Made by a program: the position numbers and the translations under genes | Notes under the pieces: generated by a model | What the model saw: the letters and a program-made list of their open reading frames with translations, nothing else | Databases searched by the model: none | What the model was told of the DNA's origin: nothing | Part shown: positions 23,378-37,726 of the stretch, piece by piece | Layout of the letters: every line of letters starts with the position of its first letter | How positions within the stretch are numbered: position 1 is the first letter of the stretch | From: Marsupella aquatica | Taxonomy: Eukaryota > Plantae > Marchantiophyta | Assembly (NCBI GenBank): GCA_973895155.1 | Contig: OZ316892.1 | Location: 10,582,283 to 10,646,282 of the forward strand | Length of the DNA stretch: 64,000 nt | Reading direction: 5' to 3'

Positions 23378-25627
23378 TCACACGACCAAGGGCTGCCCAC
23401 CTGCATCTATTGCCCACTGAGGGGGAGGAGCCACAAAATGCAACTCTTCAAAAGTAAATGGGTGCCTGAAAGAAAGGGTCTCTGCATGCAGAGCATGATG
23501 ATCATATCTCACTCCGTTAAGAACTTGAGGGCCCCCATACTTAACATCTCCCCTCAGAGGCAAGCCTACAAATTGACAATGTAGACGGATTTGATGTGTT
23601 CTCCCAGTCAGGGGAATAGCACGAATCACTACATCATTTTTCATTGACAATTGGCTATCGTGTGAAGTATTTCCCGAATATGTTTCCAATTCTGCGGAAG
23701 GGCTGTGTCCTAAGACAGTACTTGGAGTATCATCTCCTGCTGTTACAAGGTATTTCATATCTAATGGTTCGTCAAAAACGGAGCTACCGACAAGTTGGTA
23801 GCCAAGTTCTATCTGCTTGTTGACAGACAGTATCACCAGATGGGTTGTCATATCTCTAACTACAGACCCCCCAGGTAGCCCCCTACCAACATCCTTCTTG
23901 GAATACACGCGCCAAGCACCATATCTAGACCTTCCATGCCCCGAGTTTACAGTGAGAGTTTTCCATGAAGGTCGGGGCCCCCTACATAAAGCAATGTAAG
24001 ATTTATGCACTTTTCTGTTCGAAAAAATATTGGACAGCTTCGCAGCTGCATTCCTGCACTTTGTAACGACCATCACTCCACTTGTGTCACGGTCTAGCCG
24101 ATTAGCCATATGAAGGTGAGGAACAGAGTTTTCCTTATCTGCATACAAAAACAGAAGGATGTAAAAATGTGTATCAGAAATCATCCTCATAAGGTGCATT
24201 GGAGGCAAAAGAACAGATAGCCACCAGCAAAGATAGCCACCAGCAAAGAAAAGACAGGCTGACATTAAAAGTTGTGACCTAATCACATCTAGAAAAAGAT
24301 GCTTTGTTAGTCAAAGCTAACAGAAACGATTGCAAGACTCATTCATTACGCATGTGTGCAGTAGCTCAGCATGAGGTTTTGATTCAACCCAACCATACTT
24401 GGGAGTGAGAGAAGATTTAAACTTGAGAATGGTTAGATTCTATTTTAGACTGACAGGTCCTAATTGCAGCGAGGAAAAGAGAGATTATTAACTGTCAACT
24501 GGCCGATGAAGGGTGAGACGGGACAGAGATGAGAGATCAGCGGCAGGAGTTAACAAAGTCGGTATTGTAGCCAGGACATGCTCGCAGTAAATCCCACAAG
24601 GCTTGTTTATAACAATCAGCCACTCGTCTTCAAACAGAACACCACTTCTTGTCATCGCAGGACCAGACTTCATTGCTGCCTCGGCAACCATTGCCCTTTC
24701 GTACTCTATGCTTTTGGCCAGCTCTCCCGAGAAAGGGGACAAAGGGACAGGATATTGAGAATCTCCCTCTTCAACACCGCAATTGGTAGGAAGGTTGTCG
24801 AGAGGCAGATTCACCTCCTTGTTTTGCACCAATTCAATCGGATTAGTAGGTATGGTATTTTCAACTGTTGTGATTTTGCTATATTCCAAGGACACACTGG
24901 TTTCAGATGATTCACAAACTATTGCTAGATCTAGTTTGTCTACCGTACCCTCCCTGTCCGTTGATTTCACAGTTTTTTCCAGGTGAATCTCTGCACTTTG
25001 TTCCACTTCAGTATCAACACTCGTGCGACAGTTCGCATTTTCAATTTCCAAACGATTGGGGCCACAAATTTTGCCGGCAGCAGCACCTCCAATGCTGCCC
25101 TGCATATTATATTCTCCGCGAGCTAAAACCCTACCTGAAGGATTTTCTGCTGTCTCACAGTCAGAAGATGCAGGTTTTTGGTCCATATCCGAATCCAGCC
25201 CTCTGTACTTCACTCCCTTCACATGTCCCGTTGCTGAACTGCTACAGCCACAATTCTTACCCTCTCGAGCAATGTGATCCTTAATGTGCTGAATAAACTC
25301 CTCTTCGTGAAGTAAAACCCTAAACCCTACCTGAGAATGGAGCTTTCCATCACCACAGCCATTTTCAAGAGGATCAATCTGTACAGGTCTGGATGAAGCG
25401 TAGCGAACAATAGGACCATCCAAAGGTTTTCTAAGCTGTCTCCTTTCTTGCTTTACATCTGTACATTCCAATTGCAGCTCTGCTCCAACTCCATGATTGC
25501 TTCTACCCTGGCGAAACTGCCCAATGTGCAGCAGAATTCGTAATCCCACTGCATTCACAGGCTGCCGCCAATTCACGTCCCTAGAAATCCACGTAGCAAG
25601 GATAGATCCCCTTGAAAAGAGCCCCAT
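23378..25627 (-). CDS. RluA-family RNA pseudouridine synthase (plant 'RNA pseudouridine synthase 1'-like); probable exons 25627-24493 and 24138-23378
   Basis: The exon 1 ORF ends with YPVPLSP..LFEDEWLIVINKPCGIYCEHVL (motif I). Exon 2 follows the acceptor TTTTGTATGCAG| and holds HMANRLDRDTSG (catalytic Asp), HKSYIAL, PLTGRTHQIRLH, LPLRGDVKYG and HALHAETLSFRHP. The phase-1 donor GACA|GTTAAT at 24492 is weak, so the junction and start codon are uncertain. Confidence 0.85.
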
Positions 25628-25922
25628 TCAACCCATTGGAGAGCCTAATTGCCAAACGCGACATCTCTCGTCCCTGGGTGGAGTGGCAGCTTCTCCGAAA
25701 ATCATGGAAACAAGTTGGCTATGTGCTCTCCAGTTAATTCTCACAACGTTACAGACCTTCTCCAAAAACATTCTGCTAGAATGAACAATTAATGCCTTCA
25801 CAGGGGAGATTCTTCAAGGAACTTAGCTCTGAGACATTGCAATTAAGAAAGCTCACCAAGCGCGTCTATGGCCCCTTCCGAGTGAAGCTTATTGGCCACT
25901 TCATGACTTCCTCCAATTGGTA

Positions 25923-26107
25923 AAACATCGGACGGCACTCGTTTTCTGTATACCTTAAATTCCCAAAACGCTTGGTAACAGGGCACTGTTGGCCATAATG
26001 CTTCAAAACTAGTGCTTTTAATCAAACATCGGACGGCACTCGTTTTCTGTATACCCTAAACCCCTAAATGCTTGGTAATAGGGCATTGTTGGCAATAATG
26101 CTTCCAA
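25923..26107. repeat. ~101-bp-period tandem duplication, part of a dispersed repeat family
   Basis: AAACATCGGACGGCACTCGTTTTCTGTATACC..GCTTGGTAA.AGGGCA.TGTTGGC.ATAATGCTTC x2. Related AGGGCATT..GCA.TAAT.GCCC motifs occur at ~50100-50235 and ~52520-52545. Confidence 0.8.
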
Positions 26108-28329
26108 AGCCAGGGCATTAGCTCTAGTTTTGAGGGGCTACTATTAACACAATGCCTTAGTTAGTGTTTTCAGGGATTATCACTGCCCACAATGCGCTGG
26201 TAACAGGGCCCTTGTACCCAGCCTTAAGCCCTTCTATTCGAGAAATCCACCCTAAAAAACAATGATTTGTAGTTGCAGGCTGTATTTGGGTTTACGGGTT
26301 TATTTTTAGATGTTTAGTGTGAGACATGCTATTAAATTTTGATTTAATAATAGGACCTAGTCAATCACGATTGTAACAGTAAATCCAAGCATGTTTGCAA
26401 ACCTTGCGGTCCACACCCTCAGGCTTCTTTCCAAACTTTATTACTCTCAAGAAGGAACAAAATTGAAAAAAAATGGTATGGAAAATAAGTTATTTCGTTT
26501 GCTATTGATTTGCAAGGCACTACTTGGTCAAGTTTAAATTGAAACCCTTACTATCTTGTGCTGCTTGCGGTAGCAAGTATATATAGTATACAATTCAGTT
26601 TCTTTCAAAAAGGTTGTTGTTTTATTCAACAGGAAGTGCTCTGAGCAAGAATATATTTTTGATTACTCTCATTTCTCAATGAAACATTCTTTCCATGACT
26701 CCAGCATCGCCAAATCTTAAGTAACAAGGGCACAATAAGTACCTCTGAAAATAGTTGTTGTTACTGAAAATTTTGCATTTGCTGTAAGCATTATATAGCA
26801 TGTTGGTTATGGATGAAGAATTTGACAAGGAACACAAACTCAAGTAAAGACAAAGAGAGTAATGAATGATTACTTTGGAATAAAGTACAAGAAAACATCA
26901 ACTCCAATAAAGACAAAGAGTATTATAAATGCTAGGAAAACTTTGGTATTTTACTATGCAAAGTTCTAATTAAAAATTAAGAATGAAGTTTCTTTCTAAG
27001 TGAATGCAAATAAGTATTCCAATCCACTAAAACTTATGTGAACATTAGAGATTTGGAAATGAGAGAGTTGGAGTAACTATTGCTACTTAAATTTGTTGAG
27101 ATTCAAAAATATTAAAATGACTAACTCATGAATTCATGAATCATTTCTAAGGGAGGGTTACACTTTGAAAATAATAATATTGTAATTGGTTTGTGTGAGA
27201 TAGATAAAGACAAACAATTTATTACAAGAGTCATTTGAAATTTCTAGTATATATTTGAAAGTGTTTTAGATATTTCTGATTCCAATCAACTTTAAGATGG
27301 TATTTTAAGGATAAACTAGACAAATGATCACTTGAACATGTGCAAGTGCAAATTGTTAAGATTGAAAATAGATCATACGAAGATTAAAAATTTATTATGG
27401 TCCATTTTATGTTTTGAATGGCTCAAAATGATCACATATTTTGGGCATTTTTTCCATCCATGAAGATTTTGCAAAGAAAGGGATAGTTTTTAGGTTCATT
27501 TTTGGGCATTTTTGAGCTTTTTGCGCTTTTGGAGCAAAAGTTCTTTTAGTTTGGGCTTATTACCCATCCTTTTTGGCTCCTTGTTATTTATTGTCTTGTA
27601 GTGATGTCCTAATGACTATTGCATAATATTTGACAGGATTGAGTGGGAGAAGTACATCACATGCCAAATAAATGTACACTTCACATAATGACCCGGAAAA
27701 ATACAACCTTGGGCACAATCTTGAATAGTTGTGGATGTAAGGTACATATTCTCACTTGCCTTAATGACACTGAAATCAATCAAAAAATGTGCACACAATG
27801 TATGGACATGGCTTGCCTTAGGTAATGACAATAAAAACCATCAGCTTAGGAAACAAAAGTATGAGGAGGATTTAAAGTAGGTGTTGTCCACATCTCAAAG
27901 TATGAATTCTCCTTTCATTCACTATAATTGGCAGAAATTCCTTGAAATTTGCTAAAGGGGGTGGATTTCTGAGTGTATTGAAAACTCAATGTAGTGGGAA
28001 ATGAGAGCACTAGGATAGCAAGATAAAAACCATTTAGAGGAGTCTCAAAATTATTTAAAATCTAAATCCTACAAGTGATGCATTTTGTGATCATGGCACA
28101 TTGAAATAAAATATACAACAAAAAATGTTAGTGAGACAAAATACTGAAAGGTGGTCTAGCCATATATATAGCAGTGTCGATCAAACCAATATCAGCAAGT
28201 ATCCATCTTTCAATTACCCTCTTATATATCCCTCAAGATGAAATGTGGAGTGAATAGAAGTGTTGAAAGCAAGCATCTTGGAACATTTTGTGGCTGCACA
28301 AGTGGTTGCACTCATGTTTAATTTGCTCC

Positions 28330-28560
28330 CGTTATCCTCACTTCTTTTCTTTGGACCCCGCTTCCAGCCCATCGTGCGTGAAGAAGTTAGAGGTTTTTTA
28401 ATTCAATTGGGTGGGAGACTTTAAAAAATTTGTTGAAGAAAATAGTGGTATTTTAATCCAATTTTAAGAATTATAAGAACTATAGGGGTTTAAATTCCAA
28501 TTTCATAAAGTTAGGGGTTCAAAAATAGTAAAAATATAAATTACTTTCTTAAGTTTTAGG
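28330..28560. repeat. Dispersed repeat; inverted copy at ~36340-36510
   Basis: CCTCACTTCTTTTCTT..CCAGCCCAT.GTG..AAGTTAG.GGTTTTTTAA..AATCCAATTTTAAGAATTAT..TATAGGGGTTTAAAT matches the reverse complement of 36350-36510. Confidence 0.7.
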
Positions 28561-31500
28561 GTATTTATTATTTGAAACTTTGCGCGTGATATGGGACTTG
28601 GAGTGAGGCCCCCGAGGTTTTGCTTACATGCTCTAATATGCATCTAGCTTCCTTGGGTTTCGTTGTCTTTGTGGCTGAAACAGGGGCTGAAAAAAAGGAA
28701 CGGTCAAATATCAGCTGCCAATGTTGGTCCCCTATTTAGGTCATACATTTTGTGCCATTTGCTTCACATAAAGGAGAAAGGAAAACTTGGTCATGCTTCA
28801 TGGAGGGAGGCATAGATCGGTCGTCATGCCAGGTGGAGCACAAGGAGGTCTGCAGGGCATGAGTAGTGAGGCACGGCATGGCAGGCAAGAAAATGAGGGG
28901 ATTTATGGGCAGATCCAGCGGCCAGGAAGAAACAGGCCATCAGCAAACAGCAGGGATTACGTCCCCGCCAGTAAATTTAATTTTTGTAAATAGACCATGA
29001 GAATGTTTTGGCAGGATTGGATCTTGGATTGGATGTCATAGGAGATCATGAGTATGAAAATAGTAATACGCCGCGGAAGTCTCATACTTTCCTAGACTCA
29101 TGCTGTTCACAAGTCTTAATGTTCCTTGCATGGAAAAAGGAAATACCCATACCACAAAATTGAACCACCGCTTCATATCTCGCTTAAGAGAAGATTACAC
29201 TGTTATGAACCTGAAGATGACAGTGGCTCGGTTGCATGCATACATGCAGCTTCCAGCCCCCTTCTACCTCTGCTTAGACTACACTTCTGTCCACCCAAAT
29301 CTTCTGAACCCTCTCATTGAAAAGTTCTGCTCATATTGAGCTGCCCTTTCATAATTGTGTTCTCTTTGTTAGACTTGATGGGATTTTTGGTTAATCCTGT
29401 AAGAAATAACCAGGTTTCCCCCTCATAATGTTCTCCCGAGCGACTCAGTAAGATTTGCATTCAATTTCCGGCAAGTTGAAAGGTTTGTATGCAGGATTTT
29501 TGTTCACATCCATCATTCTTCTGTAATGGGCTGCACAATTTGTGGGACCAATTTTGCCTATGGGATCGATCAATAGAAGTTTCAATCCCTGCTGAGCAAG
29601 TTTGAAAGGTCCTTTTGGGGCATGTAGTGAGGGTTTTTGGTGGATACTGGCTGGTTTTGTTTTGGTGCTGCTAAAGTGGTCCATGATTGTCTGTCAAACC
29701 TAAACTCTGTCAATGTAGAGTGTTGATTTTTCATGTTTGGCGGGAGAGTTTGTTTAGTTTATAGTAACTTCCAATTCACGATCTTCAGTTCAGGAATGTG
29801 CTGATCAATGGTACTTTGTAGCTCTAATTTGGACAATTAAGTCTAGATAGCTACAACTCTGCAGTGCTTGGTTCCGGGCTTGGTTCAAAATATTGGTGTG
29901 AAGAATTTTGGTCTGGTCCAGCAAAGAGCTTTGACCAGTTGCCTCTCATTCAATGCTAATTCAATTTGCATTGTAGACCATTGCTAGACAGTACTTGAGA
30001 TGCTGCCAATGCTGGATCCTCTCTGACATGTATTCTTATCAAAGTTTTACAGATTTTTCCTCATATTAATGGGACCAATAGCAGTCACTGAGGCAATGAT
30101 CTCTGACTTTCAAAGTGTTTGATATGGCAAGTAGACACTTAAAAAGATCCCAATGAAAGTTAACCTTGCAGAGCAACTCACAATCCCGCTCACAATTAGG
30201 AGAAACATGAACAGGTCAAGAGAACATCAAAACATTCAAGAAGGTAATGTAGATTCTAATCAATTGCAAAATAGAAACGTATAGCTAGAACATGCCACAA
30301 TGACAAATCCAGCCTTCATTGAGCAGAAATAGAAGAATGATGTGATTAATCATACCACAATGAGATTCATCCGAGTATATTGGTCCTGCACAAATGAATG
30401 ATAGTGGTTCTAGTGTGAATGATCACAATCATGACCAACTAAGTAACCTCTTACCACCAGGCTCTTGCCACTTTGCAGCAGGCATACATTTGAGCATCGT
30501 CTTGATCAAAGATGCCATGGAACTATGCACTAAACCTTAAACTACTTAACAAAATTTACAATATATGATGAGATAATAAGAATTGCAAGATAGGCACCAT
30601 GTACTGTCAGTAGATAAGGAAACGCTTAGCTTGATCTCCTCCTCATGTGTAATTTATGTATGCATTGCATGAGTCCACATATATGAATCTAGCCAGTGTA
30701 TCACAAGAAAAAAACAAAGAAAAAAAGACAGAAAGATTGAAGAGACCTCACAAGAGACACACTTGCTCACTCAATGTGAACTCAATGTATGAATCATGGA
30801 TGAAGCCAGAGGTTTTCAAAATCCGATAGCGAACTCTGTTCTTAGGTGTTCAATCTCTCAACCAGGGGGGTCGACTACTAAAAACCATTGGTCATGTGGG
30901 GTCTGAAAAACTACACTGAGTTAACTCCGCAAGACTCTCAATCATCCAGTTGTTTCAATGTGTATTTTTAATTTAATTTTTTTGCAAGAGGTAGGAAAGC
31001 GTTGGGCATTTTCTCTACATGGACCTGCGCAGCAAGAGCTAGGTGGGACACAAGAAGGTGCCATTTCCCAGGGCTAGATGAACTGCAAATGTGTGTGGCT
31101 GGACTGAAAATGTATCTTCTTTGGCAGTTCATTCTATGCCAGAGAGACTAGTTGTCAATGGGCTACAGGGCAGGCTATTGTTGAAGTTTACTTTTTGAAT
31201 CATGCTAGTTTGAAAGGGAATCAAACTCTGCCTGGTGCTGTAGGTTGTGCCACATTGACCTTGCTAGAGGGTATTTCTCACTCAGGTCCCTTGTTGAGCA
31301 AATGGTGGACTGCAAATTTTTGCATGTCCTTAAAAATTACAGGCCATAACCCCTCGTCAGTCTAGTTGGTGGATTCTAGACTGAGTGCTTCTGAACATTC
31401 AATTAATAAGACTGCATAATTTTGCATAATGTATATTTGAGTATCAGGAGCTGAAAGGATTTGTCTGAAAACAACAGCTCAACCCCACTAAGGTCCATTG

Positions 31501-33649
31501 CGTGGGAAGGCTTGAATTCGAGTAAATTTCAAAGTGACATCTACAAGCTCGGGTCCATTGAGTGGGATCAGAAGGCTTGATTCTGAAATAATTCTCAAGG
31601 TTAAATCCAGGAGATTCAAGCTTAAAAATTTTGCAAGTTCGACAGGAAAAACATACTCAGAAATCCCTGTTTTATTTATGATCATTCACTTGAAAAGAAT
31701 TATAGAATTAAGCACAGAAATGATTGACACATACTAAGAGAAGGGATTTTTGGATGAATTGTTCATTCAGAAATGGGCTTGATTTTTCCATATGCAGCTC
31801 CCAAGGAGCTGCTTTTAACATAAGTATGAACATTACCACATGTCAAAGTTCCCATAGACCACAATGTTTGACAATATATATGTTTGAATGTGATCCGCAC
31901 ACCATTTTACCAAACAGTGATATATGTTTCATGTTGCAGCTCTTGGAGATCACAATGCTTGACTAGATGTTTGACTGTAATCTGCATCATGTTATCTGCC
32001 TCATGTCATTAATTTACCATTGAGATGTTACATGTTTAAGGTCATGTTGATCACGAATGTTTGACATTCATGAGACTCATAAGACACTCTCATTATTAGC
32101 CGATCATAGCATTTGACAATATGCCGAATTGTACCATGTGGACCCGCATGTGGACAGCACAATTCATAATATTTGACAAAATGGTCTGATGTCTTGTGTA
32201 AACTCGGGTGTAAACTCAGCAGGATTATCTTGAAAATTCTATTTTTACTCAAATAAGACTTTGGTAGGAATGCCCACATTTTCTGGTATTGGTCCATAAT
32301 TGGAATTCTTAGGTCAAAGGAGATGGTTGACCCGAGCATCAGCTTCTAATTCTACAATTATTTCAATTCACATTTGTCAGATATTTTAGCCGTAAAGCTC
32401 AACTTGAAGTCATAAATTAAATCATACTGGTGTATCGAAGTCAATTTTTTTAACAGTTTCTTTGGTTTTTTTTTGTGGAAAGAAGGGAGAGACAACATTC
32501 AAGGCCACTTGTGGACACAGACTAGTAAGTTGTACGAGACTAAGTAATTCATATTATGGGAAACACAATCGGTTGTAAGCCTGGTACAAAAAGAGAATCT
32601 ACATGGGCCACAATAAGAGGGCACACTGCTTCTGTCTTATACTCAATCCACTTTCCTTTCAAGGGCTATGATCCCTTGACTGTCGGCCAAATGAACACAT
32701 CCGAGGTCAGAGTGGGAGAACAGGCACCTCCACACAAGAGTCACAAGTAAGGGAAAGTCACCCATCCATTATGTCTTGCTCACCTCAATTTCATCTCATA
32801 TTCAGCAGGTTTGATGCAACTAAGTAAGCACAACTTTTTGTCGACATACATGGTATATATTAATTCCACTACTTGTCCTCACTTTTACCTCAAACATCAT
32901 TTCATCTAAACTCCATAAATATCTATTACTAAAGATTTTATTTCCTTCATACAAGATAATTACTTTTTTTTGGCACAAAGATATAGTAAGTAGGCATTGA
33001 TAAATGAATGAGAAGAGCTACAGTGACAGTCTGTATCCTTGTTTGCCCGTGAGAAACTCTCAATTCAAATAATTGAATTGATATACCGGTACAATCTTTG
33101 ACCCCTTCAGGAACAAGCATCAGAAGCTAGATACCACCCATGAGGAAGAAACACCAACGAAGAATCAGTCATGATGTCATCCTTGGCAGACGTGAAAGTT
33201 TGCTACATGTAGCAAAGTATGCATTCATATTTACTGAGCAAGATTCTTGCTTGACAATGTGACAATCTAGGTTGGACCCCTTGGGCCTCCTTTTATTGGC
33301 ACAACCTCATGGAATGTCGTATGTCGTCCCACCAATGCAAAATTCCGTCAACAAAAGACGGACTAGACCAACAAATCATCAAAAGACCATCTCAATCCAA
33401 CATTTCAAAAACTCAAAGGGCTTCCCTCACACTTTACATGCTCCTCATTGTCACTATGACATGAACTCTATGCCTGCAATGGTGCACCAACAAACACTGA
33501 TGTCCAAAGGATGTACAATGCAACATAAAAAAAATTATAGGGATGTATCAGAAGCTCGGTCACAAGGATGGTGGGCCATCTTTGCTCTCTCAAAGCAAGT
33601 TACTGGTCATGTTGCCGTGAAGGAATCCAACAGATATATTCAGCATCTT

Positions 33650-33750
33650 AGACCCCAATCTCCTCTAGCCTTAGGTTGGATGAGACCCAAATCTCCTCTA
33701 GCCATAGGTTGGGTAAGACCCAACTCTCCTTTAGCCCTTGGTTGGAGGGA
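33650..33750. repeat. 33-bp tandem repeat x3
   Basis: AGACCC(C/A)A(A/C)TCTCCT.TAGCC.T.GGTTGG.. units, seen as RPxSPLAxGW repeats in ORF 33272-33754. Confidence 0.85.
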
Positions 33751-36700
33751 CTAAATAGAGTGAATCAGACTGTAAAATTCACGAACAGCTTATTGAGATC
33801 AGATTCCCAGTCACCTTCTTTTGGCTCGATCTCTCACTTTCTTGTGATGGCCTTCTTTTGAGATATGGTTAGTAAGTTCTCACATATTAAAAGCCATTTG
33901 AGTGCTGTGATCATGTCCAAGAACTGAAATCAGTCCCATATTACACAATATGTCATTTATAGTAGAGTTTTTGGACGAAGGTGGAGCCCACACATGATAG
34001 TCAGCATTTTTGGCTTTAAGATCAGCTTGAGTTGCCTGCTAATCCCTTGCATTGGGATAAGAAGGATCTTTTCATTTTCAAGAACTAAGGTAGACAAAAT
34101 CTTGGACAAAATGAGCATTTGGAGAGAAACTGCTTGTTTTCAACAGACCACTAGTCTACCATATTATTTTGGCATTTAATATTTATTATTCTGTTTCACT
34201 TGAGATGCAAGGGTTGGATACAGTATCCTGTGCCTAACTTGATCCTTGTGTCCCAAAGCTGGACTATTTGACTTGGCTGGCGACATATCCAATTCGGATG
34301 TACCTAGCATTAATAGGCCAGATTTTGATTGTGCACGCCTAACTCGCAAGGGCATCAGATAGCAATTTTGACTGACCAAACGAGTAATGTAGATTGAACA
34401 AATGAACAAACTAATGCAATACTACCATTTCCTATTGAACAATGACAATTTCCAACTGAAATGGTGTATACTTCATTGAAAACAAAGTGGATAAAACAGT
34501 TTATTCATTTGTAATCCAGATTTTGGCACGACTGTGTTAGTCTTACCACTGTTTGTGGTGATCAGTGTTTGTAAGAGATGGAAATGGGGATGGAAATTGA
34601 TTGAAAGTTGCGTTAATTAATTTAGGCTGTCTTCATTGTGGTTTCAACATTGAGTGTTGCCCCCGGTGTTGCCCTCCAATTGTGAAGAATACTACCATAG
34701 GAGGCTTCCGTTACCAAACAAAAAAAGGAGCCAGGGCTTGAAAAATGATAGTTAAGTCTTGGTGCACAAGTTGTCATTCTATGGAACAACTTCGACTGCC
34801 CAGCCATAGATTTGAATAATTATATATCTACTTCTATGAGATGTGATCCTGCCAAGAGGACAAGCATGGTATGTTTATAAAATCAAAAGAGGCATGAATG
34901 ATACACTGTTGTGGGATTCATTGTAACTAAGGTTTTTGTAAGCTATCAGATTTTCTAGAAAGGACACTGAAACAAGATTTTGAAGCCTTTGAAAATTGAT
35001 GAAAAATCCAGTCATCAGATCTGATTGATTGACACATGCAATCAAGTGCTGGCTAACAAAGAAGACATTGGACAATGGTGCACAGTCATCACAAGGAATG
35101 GTGTAAGCCATCTGATCTCTTAGACCAACGAATGAGATCAGGTATTGAAAACAAATTGTGTGCACTTTAAACCAAGGGTACTTTAAGTTGTCAAATAATG
35201 TTAATTTTGTGTTTAACTATTTATCTTGGGGCAGTCACTTCCACGTCACTTCTGTGGAAATGACCACCAAGTATACAATGTAGTATAATTAGGGTGATTT
35301 ACATGGTACTGATAAAAGAATTCCAAAGTTTCTTGAAATGTAAAGCTACAATCATGGTTTGTTTTAGTTTATTGAGTGCTTATAAAAACAATAGGCCCTC
35401 ATCAATTTGGTTGACTTCCGTGGAAGCTGCAATGCTGACAAGATATGTATCATCGATCATGTAATTGGTACTGATAACACTTGACATCATTCTTGTACAC
35501 ATGTCTTCCTACAAATGAATGAAAATGGAAAATTTTTCCCTAGAGTGTAGCAAAAATTGTGAAGGGGTTTTTGGGGGAGTGCTTGGGGATCTCACTATAT
35601 GGAGCCCCTTCCACATCACCTGCTATGGTTGTAGGCAAGGTACAACCCAACACTTAAGAAAAAAAATGTTTTATAATTGTTTTACTCCATATTTTTGTAG
35701 AAAGTTAAGCCTGGATGATTAGAGGGGTTTGCTGTGAAGCCTCCATGGATTTCCAAAGCTGGGATAGACTGACTCAGAACGTCAAAATCTGCCTGGACAA
35801 CACATTAATTACAATATTGACTCATATGGACTTGTAAGTTGCGGCTCACACAAACTGCTCAGGGCGTCCTTTCCCAAAGTGGTTAGTTGGTGCTTGTGCC
35901 CAAGTACTGAGGGCGTTCTTGACAAAAGTGAACCATCTGTTGGCAGTTAGTTTATAATATTTGATCATCTTTGCACTCACCGACAATGGATCAAATGGTC
36001 TCAAAAATATTGAAACTTAATTAGTGAGGTAGTAGATTGGACATCAGAGAACATGCTGGAAATTTTCAAGTTGAAACAAAGATCCAAAAGTTGTTTAAAT
36101 AAATGCACAAGTTTGCTGGAACTAGCATTTCATAGTTGGTCAAGACACTTGGAAAAACTACTCGGGCACCCTTCTCAGAAGTGAAGCGTCCTTCTTCAGA
36201 TAGCCCGACAATGTGGATTTTGGGTGTAAAGTGAAACAGGTGTGTCACAGCCCATGTCACAGTCCATGGGGATGGGCAAAACAAACCCCTTGGTCCATCT
36301 GAGCTTAACTTTCATATTTTGTATACTAATAATTTAAAACTATTTTCTTCTATAGTTTGTATTTAAATCCCCTATATTCCAATAATTCTCAAAATTGGAT
36401 TCAAACACCCCTAATGCTCTTCTATAAACTTTTAAAGTATTTTGCCCAATCTTCTTAAAAAACCCCTAACTTACTTGCACACAATGGGTTGGAAGAAAAG
36501 AAGTGAGGACCTCTCGGGGGTTTCACTTCCACAAAAATGACACATCACTTGCAATGAAGGATAGGGTTATTTTATTGGTTCAAAGGGAAGACTTAAAAAT
36601 TTTCTGAGAAGAACAATTAGGGTCTTTCTACCTTTATAGGGGTTGAAAAATAATAAAATTTTCTTACATTTTAAGGGGTCCGAGGCCTAAAAACATTGCA

Positions 36701-37545
36701 GGTGATGGGGAGGCATCCATGGAGGAGGACCTGGCTCGGGGGGATCTCTTCCCTGGAAGTGTCACATCCTGTATGACAGAGTATAGGGTCATTTAAATGG
36801 TCCTAAAGAAAGACTTCCAAAGTTTTGTGGAAGAGCAATAGAGTCCGTTAGATTTTTGGATGCGCTTTAAAAAACAATAGGCCCTCATTAAATAGGTCAT
36901 TTTCCATGAATTTCTCGAAGAAAGTTAGGGTTTTTTCTGTCATGTACATGCACAGGACACATGCCATGTTCTAATTGGCACACTTGTCACTATGCGATTG
37001 GTGCATGTGTAATCCCAAATTATATCAATAATTTTTGTTTAACCTTTCCCAAGAAAATGGCTAAAAGTATGCATGGGTGTCGCTAGGGTTTTATATTTAG
37101 GGGCTAAGCAATTTCATGGGGCCTCGATTGCTGCTGCTGTTATTGGAGGGCTACAGAAGGGCTATGGAACTCAAGGCATACCTAAGGAGGCCATTGTGGC
37201 TTTGGTAGGAATTGAGGGTTAGGCTAGGGTTTTTGGTATTCAAGTTTGAGGTTCAAGTCAGGGAGTTATGGGGCAACCAATGTACTGCCCAATTCCAATG
37301 TTTAGTTTAAACACTTTGGAGCTTCAGGCAAAGGTCAAAAGTTTGAGCTTGGTGCCATAACAAGATTATGGAAGGACAATGTTGGCTAGGAGGACTGTTG
37401 TTGGACCTTGGAGTGCATTGTGGAGGTCTTATCTAGAACAGACTATTTGTTTGTCATAATTAATTATACGTTCGCTACTCTCTGTTTTGCTAGCGTGTGC
37501 TTAAATACCTTTTTTGTTTAGCTCAAGATTGTCTAATGTGGATGT

Positions 37546-37726
37546 TTTTTGACAGTTTTTGCTTACACATTGGAGAAATTGTGTTTTTACTAATCCTGAT
37601 TGAACGCTTGAGTTACATTGAGCATTATGGCCACAAGACAAACCAGAGGACAACACTCAGCTGTTGGCGGAAGAGCACTTGTTGTTTTGGTGGGAATTGC
37701 ATGAAATGGATGAGCCATCACTTCAC
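37546..37726. repeat. Dispersed ~180-bp repeat; direct copy at ~61776-61960
   Basis: TTTTGAC.GTTTTTGCTTACACATTGGAGAAATTGTGTTTTTAC..GAGTTACATTGA.CATTA..CACAAGACA..GACAACACTCA.CTGTTGGC..GAGCCATCACTTCAC is shared by both loci. Confidence 0.8.

Noticed and set aside
1120-27603. Giant CACTA element bounded by CACTACAAGACAA and its reverse complement
   Set aside because: The flanks TAT and ATG do not form a TSD, no transposase was recognised inside, and the interval holds ordinary housekeeping genes.
31850-32350. Possible hAT transposase relic (NCAVHM, LQELQ on the minus strand)
   Set aside because: Only two very short motif-like peptides and no TIRs.
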